Source: a bacterium (GTDB lineage Bacteria; Patescibacteriota; Minisyncoccia; Phycocordibacterales; UBA9973). Taken from it: a stretch of DNA of 64,000 nucleotides. How positions within the stretch are numbered: the first letter of the stretch is position 1; each line of letters begins with the position of its first letter. The DNA is taken from assembly GCA_021824345.1 (NCBI GenBank), contig JAKAKW010000012.1:1491-65490 (forward strand), read 5' to 3'. This document shows, piece after piece, positions 8,886-18,450 of this stretch. The translations under genes and the position numbers were made by a program. A model generated the notes under the pieces. That model was not told the DNA's origin. It searched no databases and saw only the letters and a program-made list of their open reading frames with translations.

Positions 8886-9560
8886 TTGAACAACGTTTCC
8901 AAAGTATATGACAGCGATTCGGTGGCTCTGGACAACATCAGCCTCTCCGTTACCGCCGGCGAATTCGTGTCCATCGTGGGGCATTCCGGAGCGGGCAAAA
9001 CCACTTTGGTAAAGATGATTCTGGCGGAAGAAGCCCCCACCTCCGGGGAAGTTTTTTTTGAATCAGTGAACGTGCACAAGCTCCGCGGAGGGGAATTGTC
9101 CCGTCTCCGGCGCAGAATTGGCACGGTTTTTCAGGATTTCAAGCTTTTGCCGAACAAGACCGCGTATGAAAACATCGCTTTCGCCATGGAGGCGGCCGGC
9201 AAATCCAACGAAGAAATTGCGAGCGATGTTCCGCACGTACTGGAGCTGGTGGGCCTTTCTCAAAAAGCTTCCCGCTTTCCCAGGCAGTTGTCCGGAGGAG
9301 AACAGCAGCGCCTGGCCATCGCCCGGGCCATCATCAATCAGCCCGAGCTTATCATCGCCGACGAACCCACCGGCAATCTTGACCCCGTGAATACATATGA
9401 GGTGGTTGAAATATTAAAGAAGATAAACGATCTCGGCACCACTGTCATATTGGCCACTCACAACAAGGGAGTGGTGGACGCGATAGGCAAGAGGATTATT
9501 ACTTTGGACAAAGGCAAATTGGCGCGCGACGAAAGCAAGGAGGGAAAACGTATGCTTTGA
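8886..9560 (+). CDS. ftsE: Cell division ATP-binding protein FtsE
   Basis: Walker A GHSGAGKTT, ABC signature LSGGEQQRL, Walker B ELIIADEPTG. RBS GGGAGGG at 8871-8877. Likely TTG start at 8886 (the track uses GTG at 8877). Confidence 0.85.
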   Translation: MNNVSKVYDSDSVALDNISLSVTAGEFVSIVGHSGAGKTTLVKMILAEEAPTSGEVFFESVNVHKLRGGELSRLRRRIGTVFQDFKLLPNKTAYENIAFAMEAAGKSNEEIASDVPHVLELVGLSQKASRFPRQLSGGEQQRLAIARAIINQPELIIADEPTGNLDPVNTYEVVEILKKINDLGTTVILATHNKGVVDAIGKRIITLDKGKLARDESKEGKRML

Positions 9561-9568
9561 ATAGTCAA

Positions 9569-9591
9569 GGGCGGAGGGTTACCCTCCGCCC
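9569..9591. repeat. Family-A palindromic element GGGCGGAGGGTTACCCTCCGCCC
   Basis: Hairpin-forming palindrome directly after the ftsE stop. The same core recurs at 17748, 22270, 28302, 32766 and 36309. Confidence 0.6.
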
Positions 9592-9646
9592 TTGGCGGTG
9601 AAAAAGTTTAATTTGCTATAATGGGAGGTATTGATTTGGAAAAAAG

Positions 9647-10564
9647 ATGATCAAATTCATAAGAATCACAAAGGCGGGATTTTTGAACTTCAAGCGGAGC
9701 GGCACTCTTTCCACGGCCGGGGTGCTGATGATGATAATCACTCTTTCCGTGATCGCCTCCATAATACTTCTTCAAGCTGCCCTGAACTTTTCCTTGAATC
9801 AGATCAAGGACAAAGTGGACGTGACCATATACTTTAACGCGGGCTCTCCGGAAGACAAGATTCTTTCCATCAAGGATTCTCTCCTGGCTCTTCCGGAAGT
9901 GCAGTCGGTGGCATACACCAGTGCCGACGAGGCTCTGGCTGAATTCCGGGCCAGGCACGTGGGAGACTACGCCACCATCGCCGCCTTGAACGAAGTTAAT
10001 TTGAATCCTTTGGGCGCTTACCTGGACGTAAAAGCCAAAGACCTTCCGCAATATGAAAGCATTGCCAAGCTTCTTTCCTCTGGCAATTTTCTTTCTTCGG
10101 ATTCCAGTTCTATCATTGATAAGATAAACTACAACGACAATAAATCCATTATTGACAAGCTGAATTCCATCATCGGCGGCGCGGAGCGCCTGGGCCTGCT
10201 TATCACCCTGATTCTCATAATCATTTCCATAATCATAACTTTCAATACTATCCGGCTTGCCATTTTCACCTCTCGCGAAGAGATAGGAGTGATGCGCCTA
10301 GTGGGAGCGAACAACCTTACCATTCGCGGACCCTTTATGGTGGAAGGGATCATCTACGGGCTTCTTTCCACCATTCTTACTCTTGCCATTTTCTTTCCGA
10401 TCACCGGCTGGCTGGGCGCAAACATGACCGGCTTCCTCGGGCTGAATCTGAACGACTATTACACCGCAAACTTCTTCCAGATCCTGGTTATCCTGCTTCT
10501 TTCCGGCGCGGCCCTGGGAATCATTTCCAGTTTTTTGGCGACCAGAAAATATTTGAAAAAGTGA
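9647..10564 (+). CDS. ftsX: Cell division permease FtsX
   Basis: 305 aa. N-terminal TM segment, periplasmic domain, then C-terminal TM bundle with the FtsX-type motif (GVMRLVGANNLTIRGPF). Adjacent to ftsE. Confidence 0.8.
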   Translation: MIKFIRITKAGFLNFKRSGTLSTAGVLMMIITLSVIASIILLQAALNFSLNQIKDKVDVTIYFNAGSPEDKILSIKDSLLALPEVQSVAYTSADEALAEFRARHVGDYATIAALNEVNLNPLGAYLDVKAKDLPQYESIAKLLSSGNFLSSDSSSIIDKINYNDNKSIIDKLNSIIGGAERLGLLITLILIIISIIITFNTIRLAIFTSREEIGVMRLVGANNLTIRGPFMVEGIIYGLLSTILTLAIFFPITGWLGANMTGFLGLNLNDYYTANFFQILVILLLSGAALGIISSFLATRKYLKK

Positions 10565-10614
10565 TCTTTGGTTTTAATTATCAGCCGGGCGCAAGTAGTT
10601 TTAAAAAATAAATC

Positions 10615-12267
10615 ATGTCCAAGAAAGCAACAAAATACATATTTGTGGTGGGGGGAGTCATGTCGGGGGTCGGAAAAGGAGTGGCTGCGGCTTCCATCGG
10701 GAAGATATTGCAGTCGAGAGGAATGAAAGTAACGGCTTTGAAGATCGATCCTTATGTGAACGTGGATGCCGGCACCATGAATCCCACCGAACACGGAGAA
10801 GTGTTCGTCCTGGACGACGGCACCGAATGCGATCAGGACATGGGCAACTACGAGCGCTTTCTTGACCGAGACTTGTCCCGTACCAATTACATGACTACGG
10901 GCAGCATTTATCTTTCACTCATTCAAAAAGAACGTAATCTGGAATTCAAAGGAAGGTGCGTAGAAGTGGTTCCGGATGTCCCGCTGGAGGTTTTACATCG
11001 GGTAGACAAAGCGGTGGAAAAAAGCAACGCGGATATAGCCATTATAGAGATAGGAGGCACGGCAGGAGAATATCAGAACATTCTTTTCTTGGAGGCGGCG
11101 CGGATTTTAAAGGTTAAAAATCCTAAAGATGTGCTTCTGGTACTGGTAAGTCATATTCTCACTTTGGGGGCTGGAGGAAATGAACTTAAAACGAAACCCA
11201 CTCAGTATGCCGCTCATACTTTAAACTCTGCCGGTCTGCAAGCGGACATGATCCTTTCTCGCGCTTCGGTTCCCATTGATGAAAAAAGGAAGGAAAAACT
11301 GGCTTTTGTCTGTGGCTTGGCCTCCAAAGAAGATGTTATATCGGCTCCAAATGTGAAAAATATATACCAAGTGCCTGTAAATTTTGAAAATGACGGAATA
11401 GCGGATCGAATTTTTAAAAAATTGGAAATTACTCCAAGGAAGCGCGACATGAAAGAATGGCGGGCAATGGTAAATAAGATGAACAACGCTGTGAAGCCTG
11501 TGCGGATAGGAGTAGTTGGAAAGTATTTTAATACTGGAGAATTCGTGCTTGAGGACTCATATATATCCGTGCTTGAATCCATCAAGCACGCCGCCGGATA
11601 CTTAAACCTCTCGCCTAAGATTGAGTGGTTAGATTCCAGTGTCTATGAAAAAAATCCTGCTTCCTTGAAAGAGCTCAAAAAATACGACGGCATTATTGTT
11701 CCCGGAGGCTTCGGCAGCCGGGGGATAGAGGGAAAGATAAAAACGGCGGAGTACTGCCGGAAGAACAAGATTCCGTACTTCGGGCTTTGCTACGGCATGC
11801 AGATTGCGGTCATTGAATATGCCCGGAACGTTCTCGGATTGAAGGACGCCCATACGGCGGAAATAGACGGAAAAACAAAACACCCCGTGATAGACATCAT
11901 GCCGGAACAGAAAAAGAATTTGAAAGAAAAAAACTACGGCGCCACCATGCGGCTCGGCGCGTATCCCGCGAATCTTAAAGCGGGAAGCATCGCCGGAAAA
12001 GCATACGGGGTTTCAAGCATTTCCGAAAGGCACCGCCATCGCTATGAAGTGAACCCGGAATACGTTGAACGGATAGAGAAAGGAGGATTGAATTTTTCCG
12101 GAAGGTCCCCGAACGGCAGACTGATGGAAATCGCCGAATTGCCGAAGAGCGCGCATCCTTTCTATCTGGGCACCCAGTTTCATCCCGAGTTGAAATCTCG
12201 CCCGCTTCATCCTCATCCGCTTTTCAAAGAGTTTTTGAAGGCGGCCTCGGCAAGGAAGCATAAATAA
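10615..12267 (+). CDS. pyrG: CTP synthase
   Basis: N-terminal synthetase domain (YIFVVGGVMSGVGKGV). C-terminal class I glutamine amidotransferase (GLCYGMQ, HPE). 550 aa. Confidence 0.9.
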   Translation: MSKKATKYIFVVGGVMSGVGKGVAAASIGKILQSRGMKVTALKIDPYVNVDAGTMNPTEHGEVFVLDDGTECDQDMGNYERFLDRDLSRTNYMTTGSIYLSLIQKERNLEFKGRCVEVVPDVPLEVLHRVDKAVEKSNADIAIIEIGGTAGEYQNILFLEAARILKVKNPKDVLLVLVSHILTLGAGGNELKTKPTQYAAHTLNSAGLQADMILSRASVPIDEKRKEKLAFVCGLASKEDVISAPNVKNIYQVPVNFENDGIADRIFKKLEITPRKRDMKEWRAMVNKMNNAVKPVRIGVVGKYFNTGEFVLEDSYISVLESIKHAAGYLNLSPKIEWLDSSVYEKNPASLKELKKYDGIIVPGGFGSRGIEGKIKTAEYCRKNKIPYFGLCYGMQIAVIEYARNVLGLKDAHTAEIDGKTKHPVIDIMPEQKKNLKEKNYGATMRLGAYPANLKAGSIAGKAYGVSSISERHRHRYEVNPEYVERIEKGGLNFSGRSPNGRLMEIAELPKSAHPFYLGTQFHPELKSRPLHPHPLFKEFLKAASARKHK

Positions 12268-12283
12268 GAAGAAAGTGGGAGAA

Positions 12284-12304
12284 GTGGGAGGCAAGGCCTC
12301 CCAC
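12284..12304. repeat. Family-B palindromic element GTGGGAGGCAAGGCCTCCCAC (terminator-like) after pyrG
   Basis: Perfect 9-bp stem with a 3-nt loop. Preceded by the partial copy AGTGGGAG. Confidence 0.55.
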
Positions 12305-12420
12305 TTTGCCCCTCCGGCTGGTTGCGCGGATTTTTGTTTGCTGATATTATGGGCGCAAGATCCTCCTGAAGGACAAAAGGTCGAAGCCAGTTTTGCGGAA
12401 ACATTTCCGCTTAAATTCCA

Positions 12421-12537
12421 TGAATAAACTGATGGAGGAGATTCTCAAGAATAAAAACATCCGCAACAGGGAGAAGCTGGAGCTTCTCGCCGGAAGCGAG
12501 ATGAGCGCCGGCTCTCCTTGGGCCGGGGAAGAGTAGG
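12421..12537 (+). CDS. Possible small protein (38 aa)
   Basis: ATG-initiated ORF (MNKLMEEILKNKNIRNREKLELLAGSEMSAGSPWAGEE) directly followed by a strong terminator. Below the track's length cutoff. Confidence 0.2.
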
Positions 12538-12541
12538 GAGG

Positions 12542-12580
12542 GCGGGCCGTCCCGGCGTCAATCGGGACGGCCCGCTTTTT
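12542..12580 (+). terminator. Rho-independent terminator (12-bp GC stem + T5)
   Basis: GCGGGCCGTCCC-ggcgtcaatc-GGGACGGCCCGC followed by TTTTT. Confidence 0.6.
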
Positions 12581-12600
12581 CGGTTTTGCCTGCAAAAAAG

Positions 12601-14025
12601 ATGAAACTGCTGGTCTCGCTAAAAAATGCCGTAAAAAAATTCATTGCGCCGGTCTCAGACGACGAGGACAAGCGCAGGGGAGAGTTCATATTGCACGTAT
12701 TGCTCCTTTCTTCCATGGCCTTGTTTGTGGCGGCGATCGCCATAAGCATTTTCGCCGCCGTTTCCCGCCCGATTGCTTCCAGGGAAAATTCCATTTCCGT
12801 TTTCATCCTGATCGGAGCTCTCGGCTTGCTTTGCCTCTTGTATTTCTTGTCCCGCCGGGGGCATTTTCTTCTTTCCGCGCGCATTTTCATCTCCATTTTC
12901 TTTTTGCTTTCATTGTATATGAGCGTGAAATGGGGCGTGGACGTGAACGCTTCCATCCTGCTTTACGCTCTTTCCGTGGTTATGGCGGGGGTGCTTCTGG
13001 GGGAGCGATCCGCCTTTGTCCTTACCGGCCTTATCGCTCTTTCCATGGTCGGAGTGGGGTATCTGGAAAAAGCCGGGAGCATCGCCGTAAACTCATATTG
13101 GCGCACTGAACCGTGGCAAGACAGCGATACAATAATGACCGCTATAGTATTTTTTACAGTGGCGGGAGTGTCCTGGCTTTTTGGCAGGGAAATAGAAAAA
13201 TCCTTGGCTCGGGCGCGCCAATCGGAAAAATTGCTCAAGGAAGAGAGAGACGCGCTGGAAATCACGGTAGAGAAGCGCACCAAAGAACTGCGCGAAACAC
13301 AGGCGGAGAAAGTATCCCAGCTTTACCGGTTTGCGGAATTCGGCCGGCTGTCTTCCGGGTTTTTCCATGATCTGATGAATCCCCTTCAGGCGGTGTCTTT
13401 ATACGTGGAGAAAGCCAAAGGAGAAAATGGGGAAAAAGAAAATATGCGTAAAACCAGACAAAATCTTGAACAGGCGTTTCAGGCGGCCAAGAAAATGGAA
13501 AATTTCATAAAAGCGGTGCGCAAGCAGATGGCCGACAAAGCGGAGGAAAAAGTTTTTTCTCTCCGGGATGAAACGAAGCAAGCGATCGATTTTCTGTCAT
13601 ACAAAGCGAGAGCGGCGGGAACGGAAATTGAATTCTTTTCCGCCGGCGGTTTCCCGGTCTTCGGCGAAGAGATGAAATGGAGCCAAGTGGCTCTGAACCT
13701 GATTTCAAACGCTATTGAATCCGGCGAAGAAGCGGCCAAGGCCGGACGTTCTCCGGGCAAAATACGCGTCGCCATAAAACAGAAAGGGGAAGATATTGTA
13801 TTTTCGGTGGAAGATCAGGGAATCGGCATTCCTCCCGAAAATATAAAAAAGATTTTTGATCCTTTTTGGAGCACAAAGACAGATCGGGAGATGAAAGGAA
13901 TCGGCCTGGGCTTGTCTTTGACCAAAAACATAGTGGAGAAAAATTTTAAGGGAGAAATTTCGGTCGTTTCGGGCGGAGGGAAAACGGTTTTTTCCGTCAG
14001 CCTGCGCGCCGGCAAGAATCAATAA
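12601..14025 (+). CDS. Two-component sensor histidine kinase (membrane-bound)
   Basis: N-terminal TM helices. H-box FHDLMNPLQAV. HATPase_c motifs (DQGIGI, GIGLGLSL). The track's TTG start at 12586 is possible; the ATG at 12601 is preferred. Confidence 0.8.
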   Translation: MKLLVSLKNAVKKFIAPVSDDEDKRRGEFILHVLLLSSMALFVAAIAISIFAAVSRPIASRENSISVFILIGALGLLCLLYFLSRRGHFLLSARIFISIFFLLSLYMSVKWGVDVNASILLYALSVVMAGVLLGERSAFVLTGLIALSMVGVGYLEKAGSIAVNSYWRTEPWQDSDTIMTAIVFFTVAGVSWLFGREIEKSLARARQSEKLLKEERDALEITVEKRTKELRETQAEKVSQLYRFAEFGRLSSGFFHDLMNPLQAVSLYVEKAKGENGEKENMRKTRQNLEQAFQAAKKMENFIKAVRKQMADKAEEKVFSLRDETKQAIDFLSYKARAAGTEIEFFSAGGFPVFGEEMKWSQVALNLISNAIESGEEAAKAGRSPGKIRVAIKQKGEDIVFSVEDQGIGIPPENIKKIFDPFWSTKTDREMKGIGLGLSLTKNIVEKNFKGEISVVSGGGKTVFSVSLRAGKNQ

Positions 14026-14081
14026 AAATATTTTTCGGGCGCGAGGCTGGATTTTCCGCCTGAAGCGTCCGCTCTATTATT

Positions 14082-15497
14082 ATGAAAAAAGAAATAAAGG
14101 AATTATTGAATAAGCATGACGCCGAGTGGCGTTTTCCGGGAAGCGTGCTGGAAAATTTTCGCGCGCTTTCCGCTATAGCGAAATACGACAAGAGCCTGCT
14201 TTCCGGCGGGGCTCTCGGAAAAATAATCGCCGGATTAGTCGAAATAGAAAAGGAACCCGGAGGCCCGTACTATTCCCAATTTTCCCAAATAGGCTTGAAA
14301 ACAAAGGGTAGAATTGATGCAGAGACCAACAGGGCAATCGCTGAGTTTCTCGCCTTGTATGATGTTTTTTTGCCGAACTTGGCCGAGTACGTGAAGGAAA
14401 AAAAATTCAGCTCGCTGCCTTCGGAAATAAATACGGCAAAGAAAGGCCGGCCGCCCCGGTCCGGCGCCGGAATCCGGACGGGGCGGCCGGAAATCTCCGC
14501 GGAAGAAAAGAAAACAATGTCCGGCATCCGCTTCCTTCTTGAAAAGAGGCTTTCTTCCGTTCCGGCTTCATTGCGCGCTCCCGCCAGGCGCGCCTTTTGG
14601 AAAACCGTTCGCGGAAATCCGGACAAGCAGATGCCGCTCATAGGATATTTTATGAAAGAATCGCTTGGAAAGAGCGGAAAGAAAGCGCCGGCAAGGCTGG
14701 CGGAAGAAATCGGCCTCCTGAATTCTTTTTTCTGGAGCGCCTTCATAATATACGACGATTTTTGGGACAAGGACGAAGCGGCGGATCCGGTGCTTCTGCC
14801 GGTAGCGAATATGTTTTCCCGCGCACATGCGGAATTTTTTCGCCATCCGCCGTGTCTTTCGGGCGCTAAGGAAAAATCGGAATATGGAAAATTCTTTTCA
14901 AGGGTAATGAACGAATTGGACGCCGCGAACTGCTGGGAGCTAGAGCGGTGCAGGGCGCGAGTTTCCGCCGGCGTATTCCATATTCCCGAGCATCTTCCGC
15001 CGTATGGAGACTATTCCAAAAAATACGAGCCCGCTTCCGGGCATATTCTCGGACCGATTCTTCTGTTGGCCCTTTCGGGCCGAAAAGTTTTCGGCGAGGA
15101 GGCGCGCAATCTTGAACTGTGCTTCAAGCATTTGCTCATTGCCATGCAATTGTTGGACGATATGCACGACCTGGAAGAGGATATGAAAAGGGGGCACATA
15201 AGCACGGCCGCCGCCGCGCTTCTTCAAGAACTTCCGCCCGAGAAAAAAGAAATCAATCTTAAAAAAGAGATGCCGGAACTGAAAAGAATTTTTTGGTTCT
15301 CGGTTGTGCCAAAACTTTCCAAGGAGGCCGTTGCCCGCTGCCGGAGGGCTCGCCGAGCCCTTATGGCAATCCGGGCGATAGAAAACCCGGTTTTCCTGGA
15401 AAAGCTAATATTTGCAAGGGAAAAAGCGGCCCGGGAGGCTCTTGTCCTCTGCGCGGATTCTGCCGCATTTATAAAATCCTGCCGAAGCCAGTCCTGA
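14082..15497 (+). CDS. Squalene/phytoene synthase-like (class I isoprenoid synthase fold) protein with ~200-aa N-terminal extension
   Basis: First Asp-rich motif IIYDDFWDKDE (DDxxD). Second motif AMQLLDDMHDLEEDMKRGHIS resembles the SQS/PSY box Q..N.LRD..ED...GR.Y. The ~140-residue spacing between them is typical of isoprenoid synthases. Confidence 0.5.
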   Translation: MKKEIKELLNKHDAEWRFPGSVLENFRALSAIAKYDKSLLSGGALGKIIAGLVEIEKEPGGPYYSQFSQIGLKTKGRIDAETNRAIAEFLALYDVFLPNLAEYVKEKKFSSLPSEINTAKKGRPPRSGAGIRTGRPEISAEEKKTMSGIRFLLEKRLSSVPASLRAPARRAFWKTVRGNPDKQMPLIGYFMKESLGKSGKKAPARLAEEIGLLNSFFWSAFIIYDDFWDKDEAADPVLLPVANMFSRAHAEFFRHPPCLSGAKEKSEYGKFFSRVMNELDAANCWELERCRARVSAGVFHIPEHLPPYGDYSKKYEPASGHILGPILLLALSGRKVFGEEARNLELCFKHLLIAMQLLDDMHDLEEDMKRGHISTAAAALLQELPPEKKEINLKKEMPELKRIFWFSVVPKLSKEAVARCRRARRALMAIRAIENPVFLEKLIFAREKAAREALVLCADSAAFIKSCRSQS

Positions 15498-15559
15498 TTT
15501 TATATTTTCTTTATCCAGTCTTTATAAAAATTTTATGTCGGAAGAATATAGTAGCCGGC

Positions 15560-15730
15560 ATGAACAGGGAATTGAAAGAGTATCGCTGTGCCTGTGGAAA
15601 GCTCTTGTTCAAGGGCGCCTTGTTCTCGGGCACGGTTGAAATAAAGTGCCGGCATTGCCGGGAAATCGCTTCCTTTTTGGGCAAATTCGAGCATTCGGGC
15701 AACAAAATCCTGCCCGCCATGGCAAACTAG
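15560..15730 (+). CDS. Small zinc-ribbon protein, phage Mu Com-like
   Basis: 56 aa. YRCACGKLLFKG...GTVEIKCRHCREI matches the Com-family pattern RC..C.KLL.K...G..EIKC.RC. Confidence 0.45.
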   Translation: MNRELKEYRCACGKLLFKGALFSGTVEIKCRHCREIASFLGKFEHSGNKILPAMAN

Positions 15731-15778
15731 CCGTACGCAACCCTTCGCGCTTTCTAAGACGCATTTATGCCTGCGCGG

Positions 15779-16444
15779 TCAGGAAATTTTATATCCGGCG
15801 CGAGCCACCGTGGATATAATGTTTCCCGCTCCGCGCGATTTCAGCTTTTTGCGCAAATTTGATACGTGCATTTCCACCGTGTTGGTGAAAGGATCTGCGT
15901 TCATGTCCCAGACATGTTCCAATATTTCCATTCTGGAAACCGTCTTCCCGCGATTTTCCAAGAGGTATCTTAGCAATTCAAATTCTTTGGGCGAACATGA
16001 AATTTCTTTCTTTCGAAAAAATACCGTTCGGTTTCTGGCATTTAAGGAAAGCCCTTCCGTTTCCATGATTTCTTCCCGGAGCGGTTCCGGCCGGCGCAGA
16101 AGAGCGCGCAGGCGGGCCAGGAATTCCGCGAAAGAAAAAGGCTTTTCCATATAGTCATCCGCTCCGGCTTCCATTCCGCGAATTTTTGTGTCCGCGTCTC
16201 CGTTGACCGAGAGCAGCATTATCCGGAACTTTTTTCCGCGCTTTCTCGTTTCGGCGCATATTTCCAAACCGGTTTTCCCGGGCATGACGTTGTCCAAAAC
16301 CAGGGCGTCATAAGTTCCCGCCAAAGCCTTTTTCATTCCTTCCGTTCCGTCGGAGGCGATATCAACCGAAAAACCCTCCTCCTTCAAAGCATCTTCGAGG
16401 AAAAAGCGGGTTTCTTCATTGTCTTCAACTAGCAGTATTTTCAT
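15779..16444 (-). CDS. OmpR/PhoB-family response regulator
   Basis: Receiver domain (MKILLVEDNEE..., DALVLDNVMPG). C-terminal winged-helix trans_reg_C (LSPKEFELLRYLLENRGKTVSR). Confidence 0.85.
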   Translation of the reverse strand: MKILLVEDNEETRFFLEDALKEEGFSVDIASDGTEGMKKALAGTYDALVLDNVMPGKTGLEICAETRKRGKKFRIMLLSVNGDADTKIRGMEAGADDYMEKPFSFAEFLARLRALLRRPEPLREEIMETEGLSLNARNRTVFFRKKEISCSPKEFELLRYLLENRGKTVSRMEILEHVWDMNADPFTNTVEMHVSNLRKKLKSRGAGNIISTVARAGYKIS

Positions 16445-17702
16445 CCGATTTTCCGCCGCTTGAAAGCAGGTCTTCTATTTCCAAAAGCCGGTTGTATTTG
16501 GCTACCCTTTCCGCTCGGGCAAGGGAGCCGGATTTCAAGTATTCCGCGGAAACTCCCACCGCCAGATCCGCAATGAAAGAATCCGGAGTGTCTCCCGACC
16601 TGTGCGACACTATCACCGTCCAGCCCGCGTCCTTGGCTGTGCGTACGGCCTCTAGCGCCTCGGAAAGGGTTCCGATCTGGTTCGGCTTGATAATTACGGC
16701 GTTGATTGTCTCTTTTTTCTCAGCTTCCATAATTCTGGACGGGTTGGTAACGGTAAGATCGTCCCCGACCACTTTTATTCTGCTTCCCAGGCGCCTGGTC
16801 ATTTCCGCAAAACCGTCCCAATCGTCTTCATCCATTCCGTCTTCTATGGACAGCAGGGGATGCTCTCCGCACAATTTTTCATACCAGCTTATCAGTCCGG
16901 CGCTGTCCGTCTCCGTTTCCCGGCCGGAAATTTTCAGCCGGTACTTTCCATCTTTGTAGAAGGTGGAAGCGGCAGCGTCCAGACTGATTTTGATTTTCTC
17001 TTTGTAGCCCGATTCCGCGATGGATTTTTCCAAAAGATCGATCGCTTCCTCGTTGCCCGGCAATTTCGGCGCGAAGCCGCCTTCGTCTCCGAGCGATACC
17101 GCATACCCCGATTGCTCCAAGAAGCCCTTCAGTATTTTTATGGTTTCTTCTCCCGCCCGGATTTTTTCACGCACAGAGCTGAAATTTTCCGGTACCAGCA
17201 TAAATTCTTGTATATCCAATCCGCTGTCCGCGTGTTTCCCTCCGTTAATTACATTGAGCATGGGGGTGGGCAGGGAGAAGCGGTCGTTGCCGTATAGTTT
17301 TCCGATGTATCGGAAAAGCTCCGTTCCCGCCGCCAAAGCGGAAGCGCGGGCGAAGGAAAGAGAAACGCCCAGCAAGGCATTGGCTCCCAGGCGGGATTTG
17401 TTTTTCGTGCCGTCCAGCTCGTTGAGCGCTCGGTCCAGCGCGTTCTGTTCGAATTCTTTTCCCGCCAGGAGATTGCGAATTTCTTCGTTTACGTTTGCCG
17501 CCGCCTCCAGCACTCCTTTCCCGCCGTATCTTTTCGGATCTTTGTCGCGCAGTTCCAAAGCCTCATATTTGCCGGTGCTGGCTCCGGACGGAACCTCCGC
17601 CGCGGCGGAAGTTCCGTCATATAGCTCGCAATACACCCGCAAGGTGGGATTTCCCCGCGAGTCCAGTATTTCCATCGCTCTTAAATCCTTCACTTTCGGC
17701 AT
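16425..17702 (-). CDS. eno: Enolase (phosphopyruvate hydratase)
   Basis: Full-length match to the enolase architecture (ILDSRGNPT, SGASTG, catalytic region IKPNQIGTLSE, SHRSGDT). 425 aa. Confidence 0.9.
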   Translation of the reverse strand: MPKVKDLRAMEILDSRGNPTLRVYCELYDGTSAAAEVPSGASTGKYEALELRDKDPKRYGGKGVLEAAANVNEEIRNLLAGKEFEQNALDRALNELDGTKNKSRLGANALLGVSLSFARASALAAGTELFRYIGKLYGNDRFSLPTPMLNVINGGKHADSGLDIQEFMLVPENFSSVREKIRAGEETIKILKGFLEQSGYAVSLGDEGGFAPKLPGNEEAIDLLEKSIAESGYKEKIKISLDAAASTFYKDGKYRLKISGRETETDSAGLISWYEKLCGEHPLLSIEDGMDEDDWDGFAEMTRRLGSRIKVVGDDLTVTNPSRIMEAEKKETINAVIIKPNQIGTLSEALEAVRTAKDAGWTVIVSHRSGDTPDSFIADLAVGVSAEYLKSGSLARAERVAKYNRLLEIEDLLSSGGKSDENTAS

Positions 17703-17747
17703 AACGGGATATTATATCATGAAAACATAAGGCATGGCGGAGGGGGA

Positions 17748-17770
17748 GGACGGAGGGTAACCCTCCGTCC
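17748..17770. repeat. Family-A palindromic element (variant GGACGGAGGGTAACCCTCCGTCC)
   Basis: Perfect palindrome between eno and gpmA. Preceded by the partial copy GGCGGAGGGGGA. Confidence 0.55.
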
Positions 17771-17786
17771 CGGATCACGAGCATCC

Positions 17787-18419
17787 TCAAGCCGGAACGC
17801 TTGATTCCACTTTCATTGTTTCTTTCTTGATCATGCGCCCGGCATCGTCCAAGTCGTAGATGACGATCGCTCCGAAAGGAAATTCCACGTTTGCGATGTT
17901 TTCATCCGAAATGTTTTCAATATATTTCAGCAAGACGCGCAGTGAATTGCCGTGAGCCACCAAAAGAACGCTTTCTCCCTCGGCCACGCGGGGGAGTATC
18001 GTATCAAGAAAATACGGAACGGATCGTTCGTATACCTGCTTCAAGGTTTCTCCTCCGGGTATGGGGCAATTCCAGCCTCGGCGCACTTCCTTGAATTTTT
18101 TTTCACCGAGCAATTCTTCCATTTCCCATTTGTTTTTGCCGGTGTATTCTCCGTAATCCCGCTCGTTCAAGGCAAGGGCTTGCGCGACAGGCACATTGCG
18201 CGATTCTCGTACGGAGAGCATGGCGGACAAACTTTCTATCGCCCGCTTCTGGCCGGAAGAAAAAGCGCGGTCGATTTTTGCGCCGTCCAAAAGTTTGCCC
18301 ATCTCTTTTGATTTTTGCAGTCCGTATTCGGTGAGTGAAACGTCGCGGATTCCGGTCCAGCGGCCAAGCTGGTTCCATTGAGATTCGTGATGTCTGGCCA
18401 ATATTAACTTTCCGTCCAT
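17787..18419 (-). CDS. gpmA: 2,3-bisphosphoglycerate-dependent phosphoglycerate mutase (histidine phosphatase family)
   Basis: RHHESQWN phosphohistidine motif. 210 aa. Second catalytic His region (LLVAHGNSLR). Confidence 0.8.
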   Translation of the reverse strand: MDGKLILARHHESQWNQLGRWTGIRDVSLTEYGLQKSKEMGKLLDGAKIDRAFSSGQKRAIESLSAMLSVRESRNVPVAQALALNERDYGEYTGKNKWEMEELLGEKKFKEVRRGWNCPIPGGETLKQVYERSVPYFLDTILPRVAEGESVLLVAHGNSLRVLLKYIENISDENIANVEFPFGAIVIYDLDDAGRMIKKETMKVESSVPA

Positions 18420-18450
18420 GTTATATTTGCCGGTTGCCCGCTTGGGCGCG

